Origin: Octopus sinensis
Taxonomy: Eukaryota
Assembly: GCF_006345805.1 (NCBI RefSeq)
Contig: NC_043004.1
Location: 13,578,001 to 13,642,000, forward strand
Reading direction: 5' to 3'
Length of the DNA stretch: 64,000 nucleotides
The translations under genes were made by a program, and so were the position numbers. Shown one piece after another: positions 1 through 13,045 of this stretch (position 1 is its first letter; the number at the start of each line of letters is the position of its first letter). Below the pieces are notes generated by a model. The model was not told where the DNA came from, ran no database searches, and was given only the letters and a program-made list of their open reading frames with translations.

Positions 1-229
1 TATGTATTTAAGAGATTTTGTAAGATTTTGAGCGTGTATGTTTGTGTGTGTGTTTATAGAGAGTTAGCCAGAGTGATAGACAGTCAGATAGATACGAATA
101 TACTTACATATATGTATGTGTGTTTGTGTTTGTGTGTACATATATATATATATATATATATTCATATATATATACATATATATATACATATATATATATG
201 TATATATATAATATGCATATATATATATG

Positions 230-263
<34 letters not shown>

Positions 264-266
264 TAT

Positions 267-668
267 TACTCTTTTACTCTTTTACTTGTTTCAGTCATTT
301 GACTGCGGCCATGCTGGAGCACCGCCTTTAGTCGAGCAACTCGACACCGGGACTTATTCTTTTGTAAGCCCAGTACTTATTCTATCGGTCTCTTTTGCCG
401 AACCGCTAAGTAACGGGGACATAAACACACCAGCATCGGTTGTCAAGCAATGCTAGGGTGACAAACACAGACACACAAACACACACACGCATATATATAC
501 ATATATACGACGGGCTTCTTTCAGTTTCCGTCTACCAAATCCACTCACAAGGCTTTGGTCGGCCCGAGGCTATAGTAGAAGACACTTGCCCAAGGTGCCA
601 CGCAGTGGGACTGAACCCGGAACCATGTGGTTGGTAAACAAGCTACTTACCACACAGCCACTCCTGCG

Positions 669-670
<2 letters not shown>
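267..670 (-). mobile_element. tRNA-derived SINE family A (octopus OR2-like), full length
   Basis: The reverse complement begins GGCGCAGGAGTGGCTGTGTGGTAAG (A-box-like) ... GGTTCAGTCCC (B-box-like). It continues through CCTTGGGCAAGTG and an internal (TA)n/(TG)n tract, and ends in an (AAAAGAGT)n tail. More than 10 homologous copies occur in the window. The family name is from memory and needs a Repbase/SINEBase check. Confidence 0.9.
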
Positions 671-737
<67 letters not shown>

Positions 738-739
738 TA
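671..739. repeat. (TA)n microsatellite (one of dozens in the window)
   Basis: Direct reading. Similar (TA)n tracts occur at e.g. 2770-3230, 7300-7360, 10975-11050, 17520-17820, 37640-37860 and 49400-49550. Confidence 0.95.
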
Positions 740-1024
740 TAGTGAGGAAAGAGAGAGAGAGAAAGAAAAAAAAAGAATGACAGGAAGATGTAGACATGTT
801 TATTTTTCTAGTTACATCTCAATTTTTGTGTCTGTGCGTGTTTATGTGTGTGCCGGTGTGTATGAACGTGTGTGTGCCTCTGTTTCTGTATGTGTGTGTG
901 TTTGTGTTTTCGCGTGCATATGTATATATTTGTAAATCAACTATTGTTAGTTACCAACTCGCTAGGCATAAAGTACCCGCCAAATATTGTCGATTCAATA
1001 ACCTTACATCAACTTCGTAAGCAA

Positions 1025-1170
1025 TCGGCAGTTATTAATTTCATCTGAGCCACCTAGAGCAACGTGAAATGTTGCGACTTTCTAAAAGAACGAATACAAG
1101 GCATGTTTCAAGAATCGAACCCACGGCTTTATGATTGAAAGCCCAGCACCCTTAAGACTAGGCCTAGCTT
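1025..1170 (-). mobile_element. Degenerate SINE of family D (tRNA-like head plus shared central domain)
   Basis: The reverse complement has GGGTTCGATTC (B-box-like) followed by ...TTTCACGTTGCTCTAGGTGGCTCAG, resembling the central domain at 52770-52830. Confidence 0.5.
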
Positions 1171-1998
1171 TTTCGCACACATACGCATACTCAAACACAC
1201 ATATCCTTATATGTGTGTGCGTGTGTATGTATACAAATGCATGAATATATATGCATAACCCTCACACAAACTTCCACATAAACCAAATTACATATGTATA
1301 GATACATGCATTGGAATACTTGGTTGTGTGTTTAAGCAAAAATCTGGAAAAGCAAGTATTTAAAAAAATAAAACACAGAAAAGCATTTAAACTAACTTTA
1401 CAGATAAGGGTCTATCAGAAGATTGGCTATTACATGACAGATTTTTTTAAGTACTAACTATAATTATTATCGTTGATGTTACACAAATTCCAGTTAATAA
1501 GCATTTCTTTTCATTTATGGAAACCCGATCCTTCCTGCTAGGGAGATACTAATAAATAATAAAAAGGGTAAAAGCCTGAGTATATATTATATTAGTTATT
1601 TATTAGTGTTATTGTTACAGCTTTGCCCCTCTGGCACTTAAATTTACATAGCACCCTTTCATGTCAGAAAATTATATATATATATATAGCTTGTTTAAAC
1701 TATCTTTAATTCAACAGCAGCTACTGAGATGTGTATTCATCAAAACATTTAAATACTGAATGACGTAACGCCACTTACATTTTTATCATTTTCTCTAAAT
1801 TTTTTCTCTGAAGTCCTTTCTCGGCATTTGTTTAATTTTAGTTCACTCAAGCATAAAGTCTTATTACTGAAAACTGTGTCATATGGTTGAGCTCTATGAG
1901 CATTCAAGTAACAAGTGTAGATGAATTGAAATCGTCTTGTTTAGGTCCCATATATGTTTATCTACTTATCTATCTTTCCTTATATCTATCTTTCCTTA

Positions 1999-2000
<2 letters not shown>

Positions 2001-2095
<95 letters not shown>

Positions 2096-2100
2096 ATCTA
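2001..2100. repeat. (TATC)n microsatellite
   Basis: Direct reading. Related (GATA)n tracts occur at 4326-4555, 14475-14575 and 26420-26470. Confidence 0.95.
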
Positions 2101-2169
2101 TCTTCCTCTATGAGTATGTGCGTGCGTGCCTACCTGTGTGGGTATGTGTGTTGGAGTGTATAGTGTATG

Positions 2170-2506
2170 TGTATAATATCACCGGATCGTGGGTATCCTT
2201 AATGAATCGAATTCAGCGATTTGGAGGCCATCTGTTTTTCGCTGCACTACGTTTGAAAATACTAAAATCAATGTTTCCTATCTTCTTATGGACGAGAGAT
2301 GAAATACGTACAAGAGCAGAACGATATATTAGGATAACATGTTCAATCTTTTCAATGCTGAAATATTCGAGAGGCATCCGCATATTTTCCGTCAGCCAAA
2401 ATTATTTAAAGCGCACCGGTCAGTTCGCAACTAAAGTAGAAGCCAGTGAGGCTGAACCCAAAATAGTCTTGTACTTACAAACTTAACATCCATGTCCGGG
2501 CATCTG
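2170..2506 (-). mobile_element. Internally deleted Tc1/mariner-like element (one end plus transposase remnants)
   Basis: On the minus strand it starts TA|CAGATGCCCGGACATGG (TIR-like end). One frame then reads MPLEYFSIEKIEHVILIY ... KNRWPPN, resembling a transposase N-terminus joined to the WPPNSPDL motif. Confidence 0.5.
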
Positions 2507-2769
2507 TACATACATAGATACATAGATACATAGATGCATACATACATACATATATACATACATACATACATACATACATAATACATACATACATACATAC
2601 ATATATACGTAAATACAGAGAGAGTGAATAAGAGAGAGAAGAGCTCAGTGATATACATCAGATTTGTGTGTGGTTTGTGTGTGTGTGTGTGCTTATTCAT
2701 ACATACATATACATATATACATATATTTATATGTATATGCATATACACATATGTAGACGCCGACACACG

Positions 2770-2804
<35 letters not shown>

Positions 2805-2892
2805 TATATATCTATATATATATATATGCGTGTGTCGGCGCCTAATATGTGTATTATATATATATATAGGTATAAATATATTTACATATATA

Positions 2893-2972
<80 letters not shown>

Positions 2973-3828
2973 CACATATATATATACATATATAATAACA
3001 TATACATATACATACTACATATATATACCTACTACATATATATATATATATATATACACATCATATATATACATATATATATACATATACATATACCTAC
3101 ATATATATATATAACACACATATATATATACATATACATATATATACATATATATATACACACATATATATATATATACATATATATACATATATATATA
3201 CATATATATATATATATACATATATATATATGTATGTATGTATGTGTATACAGGAAACTGCAGATGTTCGTGAATTATTTAATGCTACATTTGTTTCGTT
3301 TAGTCTTGGTCTTAACATGCGATTAACGAACGTCAGACTGACTTGCATGTGTTTAATTTTAATTGTTTTTCGTTCTCCTCTGTTTTAAATACAATTTTGT
3401 TATTGTCACTAATTGGATGACTTTTACATTAGCAATTAACCAGTCATTAATTATCCAAGTTGTATTTACCAGTAACTTTAGACATGTTAACTTTAAACAA
3501 ACTATTGATAGAATCTTTTCTTGATGAAAACATTCATTTCTTGCTGGTTTCTAATGTTGAACATTAGAAGAAAGTAATCAGAATAGATCGAATAGCGACT
3601 AAATTCACTTGAATAAAAATCCACATGGAATTATTTCCATATCGACGTGGTTCCAGTCAAAATACAATTTACATCACGAAATAATTTGCATCATATTACA
3701 TGAATGCATATGTATTGTATAATGTGGTCAGAATCGCTTTACTACATGTTGTACAGCCCATCACAAACACTGGATTTTGTGCGAAGAAATGCGTCTACAC
3801 AAAGAAACATCAAATATATGTAGATATA

Positions 3829-4061
3829 CAATAATCCCTCACCATATCGCGGTAAACCTATCGCGGTACACCTATCGCGGTACACCTATCGCTCACTCAC
3901 TATATACTGCGTTTTTCTGGCTAATATATGTGAATTTATATTGCGGATTCCTCGGTATATAGCGGGTTTCAGCGACTGATAGGTAATTATATATTTTTAA
4001 TTTCAATTATTTCTCTGGGAGGTTTTGGAACGTAACACCCGCGATAGTCGAGGGATTAGTT
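3829..4061. mobile_element. Tigger/pogo-like MITE, short copy
   Basis: TA|CAATAATCCCTCACCATATCGCGG ... CCGCGATAGTCGAGGGATTAGTT|TA. Internal sequence is homologous to 36449-36911. Confidence 0.75.
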
Positions 4062-4073
4062 TACGTGTGTTTG

Positions 4074-4122
<49 letters not shown>

Positions 4123-4164
4123 GTGTATGTATTTGTAGTGAGAATTTACAAAAAAAGAGACGAA

Positions 4165-4312
4165 GACGGGTATGTAAACAACAAACAGATGTTTACATAC
4201 CCGGCTCGGGAAGTCAGAAAGTCTTTTACGTTTCGAGCCTACGCTCTTCGACAGAAAGGAACACAGAAATAAATAGGGAGAGAGAAAAGAAAAAGGTTTA
4301 GTGGCTAGCGAT
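4165..4312 (-). mobile_element. Solo Penelope-like 3' terminal module
   Basis: Homologous to the 3' end of the PLE at 19400-19560 (shared TAGTGGCTAGCG, CTCGGGAAGT, ACAACAAACAGATG), and carries an HHR motif. Confidence 0.7.
4223..4258 (-). ncRNA. Minimal type I hammerhead-like motif, variant core CUGUCGA
   Basis: Minus strand: CUUU-CUGUCGA-A-GAG CGUAGG CUC-GAAA-C-GUA-AAAG. Stem I is CUUU/AAAG, stem II is GAG/CUC, and stem III is the palindrome ACGU. A6 is replaced by U. Confidence 0.6.
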
Positions 4313-4353
4313 CTATATATATATAGGTAGATAGATAGATAGATAGATAGTTT

Positions 4354-4390
<37 letters not shown>

Positions 4391-4395
4391 GTAGG

Positions 4396-4463
<68 letters not shown>

Positions 4464-4493
4464 CAGACAGATAGATAGATAAATAGATAGATT

Positions 4494-4555
<62 letters not shown>

Positions 4556-5311
4556 CATGTGTGTATGTATATATACGATGCTTCTGTTATATACGTCAAC
4601 GGACAGAGACTATTTGGGTGCTACTTTGGTATGCGATCTACGAGTCCTAAAACTGCTTTGCTATTCAATCTACACTTTATATTGAACTCTACAAGAAAGG
4701 TTATACTTATCAAGAACAGCTTTTCTAGCTGATGTTCGTTCGATTCAGCAATAAAATTAGTAAACTTGTTAGAAATTTGCTTCATTCTAATTTCTTTTTA
4801 ATAATAAATCGCTGCTCTTATGTTAAACTGCCCTGTGTCCAAATTTGGCCAAATGCGTCAAAACAACTCTAAGCCTTGATAAAGCACTTATCTTATGACT
4901 AAAAAGCGAGGCAAGCTCCCTACAGCATCCGGAGCATAGCCAGATCACCAGTGATTTCGCATTTATATTAATGCTCGTCTGTGGTTCTTATCTGGCTGCC
5001 TAGAATTAAGCTAGCTCGCTTTGTTAGTTTATAAGAGTTACTATAGAAATATTATGCTAACTTCATAAATAGTAAAAGTGAAAATTATAAATAGTAACGA
5101 CGGCCTTTTTCGCAATTTACAATCGAAAGGCAGAAATACATACGTCACTAATGTGACTAAGGATACTAGATGAGCACCAGCATTGCTAGAATAAGCGTCA
5201 AAGGAACTTTTCCCCACCCCCCGCACACACACACACACACACATATATAAATTAAGTCGAAAATAGACTTATCCCTTAGACGGTTATTCCAACCGCTAAC
5301 TCTACTATCCT

Positions 5312-5362
<51 letters not shown>

Positions 5363-5366
5363 AAGT

Positions 5367-5750
5367 ACAGGCCTGGCTATGTGGTAAGAATCCTGCACCC
5401 CGTCCAACTGCTTGGTACCTTGGGCAAACGTCTACTATAGCTTCGGGTCAACCAAAGCCTTATGAGTGGATTTTGTAGACGGAAACTGAAACAAGCCCAT
5501 CGTGTATATATATATGCGCGCGCGCGCGTGTGTGCGTGTGTTTGTGTCTGTGTTTGAACCCCCATTATCGCTTGAGAACCGATGTTGGTGTATTTATTTC
5601 CATGAAACCTAGCGGTCCGGCAAAACAGACTGATAAAATAAGTACTAGGATTACAAAATGAATAAGTCCTGGGGGCGATTTCTTCGACTAAAGGTGGTGC
5701 TGCAGCATGACCGCAGTCAACTGACTGAAACGCATAAAACAATAAAATAA
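5367..5750 (+). mobile_element. SINE family A, older diverged copy
   Basis: Colinear with 14050-14470, with many substitutions. Confidence 0.85.
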
Positions 5751-5952
5751 TAGATATGCATACATTTATATATACATAAGATATCATTCGCCTAAGTGTA
5801 CTGTGTTCTATAAATTTTGTTCATGTAAAAGATTAATAACATACGTTTGTCCGAGATTCGCCTGTCTATGTGACATCGTGTGTGTCTGTGTGTATACAAT
5901 TATCTATCTTTTTATACCTGTGTCGGCGTGTATATAATTCTACTTAAGTATA

Positions 5953-6009
<57 letters not shown>

Positions 6010-6429
6010 ATATATATATATATACATATATACATATACATGTAATACGTCAAATCTTTCCAGTTTGCGGATGTCTGGAAATGTTTTACTCATTATATCT
6101 TACGGTAGCGATCAGATAATATGGCACCATATACAGACGTATGGTCTGCAGATGAGGAAGTATTTATCAGTCTGGCGTATCATATATAACTATGATATCA
6201 TTATTAGATTATGAAAATGAAGAAGAGGTAAGAAGAAGAGAAAATGCCGCCAATGATTTATTCAGACTGATGTAATTTGGGATTATTCCCACTTAATCGA
6301 GAAATTTCTTTGGTAGTAGCCTGCACACATACACAACTCACACACGCATACACTTTTTCTCGTCAGCTCTATCTCACCCTCAGTCTCTCTCCCTCTCGTT
6401 CTCTCCATATACATATATATATACACACA

Positions 6430-6917
6430 TATAAGGAAAATATGACAAGGTAGAATATGCTGAAATAATTTTATCGTAAAGAACATTTTAATACCGGTTG
6501 CAGTCAGTGCGACATTTTCAACTTAGAGTAAAGCATGAAAACAATTAAATGGTGGAAAAATTAAATGAAATGTTTTTAAAAAAGAATATATATTTCTATA
6601 GTTTCTTCTCCTCCGCTTCCTTTCTCTACTAAGACAAGAATTCATATCAAACTAGCTGCTGCTAACTACCTACAGCACACTAGATTAAAAAAGAGAGACA
6701 GAGACAGACAGAAAAAAAAAGGAAAATGTTCCTTGCATTTGAAAACTATGGAAATATATATATTTTTTTAAAACATTTCATTTGATTTTTTCCCACTTTA
6801 TTTGCTTTTCATGCTTTACTCTAAGTTGAAAAAGTTGCTATGACTGAAACCGGTACTAAAATGTTCTTCATGATAAAATTATTTTAGCATTATCTACATT
6901 GTCGTATTTTCCTTATA
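6430..6917. mobile_element. Foldback/MITE-like element with imperfect inverted arms of about 168 bp
   Basis: 6430-6597 is the reverse complement of 6751-6917 (e.g. TTTTCAACTTAGAGTAAAGCATGAAAA). The ends are TA|TAAGGAAAATA ... TATTTTCCTTA|TA. A third, more diverged arm lies at about 7043-7195. Confidence 0.75.
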
Positions 6918-6957
6918 CATACCAACTCGTATTCTTTTTCAACCTTCCACACACACA

Positions 6958-7009
<52 letters not shown>

Positions 7010-7295
7010 TGCACGCAAATACATACATACATATATATATATATATGGAAAAAAGTCAAGGTCGAAAATGCTAAAATAATTTTACAAAAAATATTTCAGT
7101 ACCGGTTTCAGACATTGAGACTGTTTCAACTGTAAGTTTGGAAAACAATAAAATTTTGGAAAAATTGAAAGAAAACATTTTTTTAACGAATATTTGTATA
7201 GTGTTCAAATACAAGTGGCATTTTTCTTGTTTCTGCCTGTCTCTGTCTCTCTTGTTTACTCTTGTGGGTTCGAGGTTGTATACATTCATACATAC

Positions 7296-7364
<69 letters not shown>

Positions 7365-8619
7365 GTGCCTCAGCATAGCCGCAGCGTCAAGGCTGCATCA
7401 TATAAAAGAATAAAATAATATATGTGGTGTGCATGTATGATGTATGTATATGTGTATGTATATATATGTATATATATATATATATAAATATATATGTATG
7501 TATATATATACAAACAACTTATAAACAATGGGTAAAGAAATATATTTCTATGCCAATATGCTGATAACAGACTTTTAAATCGTCAATTTCCACATATTAT
7601 TTATTCGCTACAGAAAATACGTAGAGCTGAAATCGAGGAAAGCTAGCCAATAGGATTTTAAAAAAAAGTTTATTTCTATATTGAATCAATTTAGGAATTA
7701 ATCTCGTAATAGATTTTTTCCTCCTCAGTAGAAAATACGAAAAGAAATAAATGAAATACATGCGCCCATAGAAAAGAGCCGAAGCAAAAATCATGTGTAC
7801 GTATAAGTACCCCAGATATATCTAAATATAAAATACTTTGGTCAGCCTCAGCACACGTGTGAATTGTTCTCCCCTACAGCTAATAGTCGTTTTATATACC
7901 ACCTCAATTCTGGGAAGTGGGTATTTTCAAAGTAAAGGAAAGATGGAGATGCATTGTGCAACAGAATGGCTTATATTTGGTTGAGTAAAAATGTAATGGT
8001 AAGTATTTATTGACCTTTTTCTTTCCTTTAAAAATCGCCACGAACTTTCCGGACAACCCAATATGTAGTGTGAATGTATACATGTATTTGTATGTTTCCG
8101 TCTTTTACTTTAGTATGTTTTAACAGGACCCACTAGAATCTTTTACTCCGCAAGCAGTATAGATTAGCAGTGTCTAAATCATTTTCGCACAGTACATAAA
8201 GTACATTTTCTATATATGGTTATATTAGATTTCTTTTTCCGAGAATTTATTTCACAAAATCTCCGTCATCGTCTCTTTTATTTTCTTTTTACTTATTTAC
8301 AGAATATTCCCAATAAATGCCTCGATTAGATCAATTAAGATATGCTTCACGTTTTAAACTGCCTCATTAATTACACTTATCAGTTTTAATGTTTTGACGT
8401 TAACATAGTTCTTAGTGCTGCACTCCGGTGTAATTTTCAATACCTCGGTAAGGGAGGAGTTATTCGAACGTGGTTGCGTTGTCCAAACAGTAAGTTCTGG
8501 CTAATTTCTATTCCACCTCTCCTGGCAGACTGCGATTAGGAGATGTCTCTTTCTACTCGGGTTGAAAAAGACACTGATAACATAAATATTTGGGCAAAGG
8601 ACAATGTAAAATTAAGACC

Positions 8620-9042
8620 TCTTTACTCTTACTCTTACTCTTTTACTCTTTTACTTGTTTCAGTCATTTGACTGCGGCCATGCTGGAGCACCGCCTTTAG
8701 TCGAGCAAATCAACCCCGGGACTTATTCTTTGTAAGCCCAGTACTTATTCTATCGGCCTCTTTTTTGCCGAACCGCTAAGTGACGGGGACGTAAACACAC
8801 CAGCATCGGTTGTCAAGCAATGCTAGGGGGACAAACACAGACACACAAACACAGACATATATATATATATACATATATACGACAGGCTTCTCTCAGTTTC
8901 CGTCTACCAAATCCACTCACAAGGCATTGGTCGGCCCGGGGTTATAGCAGAAGACACTTGCCCAAGATGCCACGCAGTGGGACTGAATCCGGAACCATGT
9001 GGTTGGTTAGCAAGCTACTTACCACACAGCCACTCCTGCGCC
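8620..9042 (-). mobile_element. SINE family A, full length, young
   Basis: Near-identical to the 267-670 and 14050-14470 copies, with a tandem TTACTC tail. Confidence 0.92.
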
Positions 9043-9222
9043 TAAAGTTTTAGATTTATTAGTGTCTGATAGAGTTTAAAATTTAAGATTATTTTTTTAG
9101 GTGTAAAATATAGTTCTATTCATAATTTGTGTGTGCAGTGAGTGTATGTATGGATGTGTGCACACACTTACACACGCACACACGTGCACACACATATATA
9201 TATACATACATGCATATAAATA

Positions 9223-9264
<42 letters not shown>

Positions 9265-9274
9265 AACACACACA

Positions 9275-9373
<99 letters not shown>

Positions 9374-10476
9374 ATGCTGTTCCATGATGGTTAGACCAAT
9401 AAAAAATACTTCATCTGGTCAGAAATAAACATTATTTAATAAACACAGTATGTGTTTTTATATGGTACAATTAGCTCCATGCCATGGAAGCATGCCAGAT
9501 AGTATTTTTAACACGTTTGGTGTCTTAGCACAACCTTCGGACACTGACCACGTAACATAACAAGCTAAAATAAGACGAAAGGGTGAGAGAAAAAGTCAGA
9601 ACGGCAAGAAAATGCGTGAAAGAGGTAGATATAAAATTGGAAATTTGAAAAACCGGGAAACGAAAAAGAAAACGGAGAGAAGCAAAAGTATAATATAATG
9701 CTGAAAAGATAGTGTCCTTGAGTCTGCTAATCGGGAGAGGGCGGTCCTTTTCAATTCGTCGACAGGAACTTTGCTTCCAATTGCTGAGAATTCGGATCTA
9801 GAATTCGCCAGTGTGCTAGAGTTCTTAGATACGGTATGCTCTCATCACATGAAAACATGAAACTAATAGCAGTACATAAAAATATACATTGTGTTTATCA
9901 AATAACACACACACAGACACACACACAAACACACACACACACACACACACACACATATGTATATTTATGTATGTATGTATGTATGTATATATGTATTATG
10001 TATGTATTTGTAAATATTAAGAGATTGTTCCAAACGTTTACCGTTTTCCTCTCAGTTACGTAATACTATGCGACTTCGGAATAATCCTTAATATTATTGT
10101 TGACTGTTTGCAGCCCTATAAACCTCCTTTTCTCCATAAAAAGAGGCAAAAATTATTTCTTTTCATGTATATAAAACAAGCAAAACGACACCGGGGGTGA
10201 GGATGGACGGTGAACCATTATGAACAGTCGAACAAAATATGGCTTTGGGGTCTAGGAGACGAGAATAGTGGGTAACGCTCAGAAAATATCTTGAACGACG
10301 GAAAACGGAGAGAAAGAATCTGGGACTGGTCAAATGGAAAAAAGAGGAAATGGACGCTGGTCAAGTAACAGCAGCAGGCAGAAGAGAAAGACAACAGGAA
10401 GAGGAAGCGACAGAGAAAAAAGGATATATATACACATATACACACACATATATAGTATATGTACACACACACATAT

Positions 10477-10529
<53 letters not shown>

Positions 10530-10837
10530 TCTCCTCTCACGTGACCGCCGGTCAACTAGCCTTTCGGCGTCTGACCACCGCCACGACAACATCGGTTTCT
10601 TCGTCTGCCGCCAAGGCATTTTTTTCCAAATACGCCAGCTAAGCTTCGTCGAACTGTCTAAAGTCGTAACAAATCCGGTGTTTTTGTCCTGTTATTACTA
10701 TTATTGTTTTTTGTATTTATATTCGTGTGGCATCGTCCGTTTTTCTGTCCTTGTTTCGTATACATTCGATCCTTTTTCCAAGAAATTTAATGCTCCTAGC
10801 TTAGTTTTTCCTTGAGGCTGGACGGATCGGAGCGATC

Positions 10838-10969
10838 TCAAGATTAATCAGCCGAAATTGCGAGGATGATCCGGTTCTTGACTGAAGATTGAAGGCATCG
10901 AATGTCCCGTCCGTGTTTTTTGTATCGTCTTCTAAATGTTATACGTTCTTGTCCCAGTTTGTATTTTTC

Positions 10970-10970
<1 letters not shown>
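10838..10970 (+). repeat. Unclassified dispersed repeat (second copy 32407-32577, minus)
   Basis: AATCAGCCGAAATTGCGAGGATGATCCGGTTCTTGACTGAAGA...GAATGTCCCGTCC aligns by eye to the reverse complement of 32407-32577. Confidence 0.7.
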
Positions 10971-11048
<78 letters not shown>

Positions 11049-11909
11049 ACATATACATATCAATCTATATATGCATACATCTATGAATATGTATGTATAT
11101 ATAAATATATGTGTATATATACACATACATACACACACACACGCACTCACACACACAAATATATACAAATAGATAGATAGATAGACAGACAAACATACTG
11201 TATTTATTTGATATCTGTAGAAATATAAATATTCATAATAGGTAACGCATTTTGCGCGTATATCTTTGCATGTATATTACATTTAAATGCCAACACGCAA
11301 GAACACACACACACATACACACACATACATACACAGAAAGACTACATGTACGTATATATGCGGATATATGTGTATATTCATATTAAATTAAAATTCATAT
11401 GCACATAGCAGTCCTATGTATATGTGTTTATGTATGGCTGAGTGCTTAGTACATGAATATATGCATTTATTTCTTAACTATTTGTGTTTGTCCGTCTGTA
11501 TTCGCGTACATATGCTTACACAAATTCGATCTTTCATCTAGATAGCTAATACAACCGTATTTCTCATTTAACATTTCAATTTACCGTCGTTTGTAAATCA
11601 GTTTCTCATCTTTCTATACGAATTCTAATCATTAATTCTGTTGAATTTCATTCATTTTTATTTTCTCCATTATATTTATTTCTACAACGACGATTCTCCG
11701 CATGACTAATACTGTAGTTGCTGTAATGTTATTAAAAATGACTTGTCACACGCTGGATTCATGCGACCAGACTTCAATTAATTTCCCAGTAATTCATACG
11801 AGTATAAAATATTCGTATATCGTAAATCGCGAACGTACGTTTGATTGATATATGTACGTATGTGTGTGTGTATATATGTATATATATACATATATAAATA
11901 TATATACAT

Positions 11910-11943
<34 letters not shown>

Positions 11944-12066
11944 GAATATATATATATTCATATATATATATTTACAAATATATTGGTGTATATATATAAA
12001 TGTATATATATACATATATATACATATATACATACACACATCCTTCCATATATATATATATATAAC

Positions 12067-12128
<62 letters not shown>

Positions 12129-12524
12129 GCATACACATATATTCGAATTTCTTTGTTCACATAAATACTAAATCAAATTGTAATTACTAACCTTTCTAAA
12201 CTAATATCCCTCACATTGATAAAATATGGAAATAACTGACGCTTAAACTTCTGGGTGAGCAAACAACTAACTAAGTTTTCGATAGTTGGTGGCGTTTCAC
12301 TGGTACGTCACTTTGGCTATGTCCAATACACTTAAACGTCAACAGCACACTACAACGGATCCACATGAAAGTTGGCGGCACGACGAAGTACAACTTACCA
12401 TTAATTTGAATCTAAATTATTTCCTTTATATTATTGGATTAAGGTACTGGCATGAGATCTACCCCTACGTAATATAGCGTTCCTTGTTTCTTCTATATTC
12501 GCCTGAGGAAATATAAGAGCAACG

Positions 12525-12900
12525 TTATTTTTGAGAGCTGGCAGGAGTGAAACCGCGCCGAAAAGATTCTGAACGGCATTGTTTCTGATTTTACGTTCTG
12601 AATTCAAATGCTGCGGGATTCGACTTTGCTTTTAGTCCTTTAGACGATGATAAAATATGTACCGGTTGAACACTGAAGTTGATGTAATCGGTTTATCCTC
12701 TTCCTGAAAGTGCTGTCCACGTACCAAAATTTGAAATCAATACCAATTTTTGAGAGGGCTATAAGGCTGCGAGTTAGCATGACGGACACAAGCGGCATTT
12801 CTTCAGAATTTACGTTCAGAATTCCAATTCCATCAGGATCGCCTTTGCCTTTCATGCTTCTGAGAACGATAAAATGATTACCAGTCGAAGCAATCGAGTT
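12525..12900 (+). mobile_element. Two degenerate SINE family B (OK-like) copies
   Basis: Remnants of GAGCTGGCAG, TTACGTTCTGAATTCAAAT and CGACTTTGC/GCCTTTCAT motifs occur twice. Confidence 0.55.
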
Positions 12901-13045
12901 ACATGTTTGCCCTAAGTTGCTGGCCTTGTGTTAAGCTTTGAAACGAATGTTATTTTCAGAGCTGTATTTGAACTTGTTGTAAGCGGCTGATCAGAACGGA
13001 AGTATTTTCAAATGTCAAAAATGAAAGCTAATATTCAAGGAACAA

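Noticed and set aside
3254-3390. Short open frame after an AG ([13 protein letters not shown]...)
   Set aside because: No convincing donor site and no recognisable family.
7880-7998. Candidate exon with good acceptor (CCCCTACAG) and donor (ATG|GTAAGT)
   Set aside because: All three frames contain stops and no protein is recognisable; it could only be a UTR or lncRNA exon, which needs RNA-seq.
10882-10908. CTGAAGA...GAAT as a hammerhead
   Set aside because: GAAT instead of GAAA, poor stem II and no stem I; kept only as an unclassified repeat.
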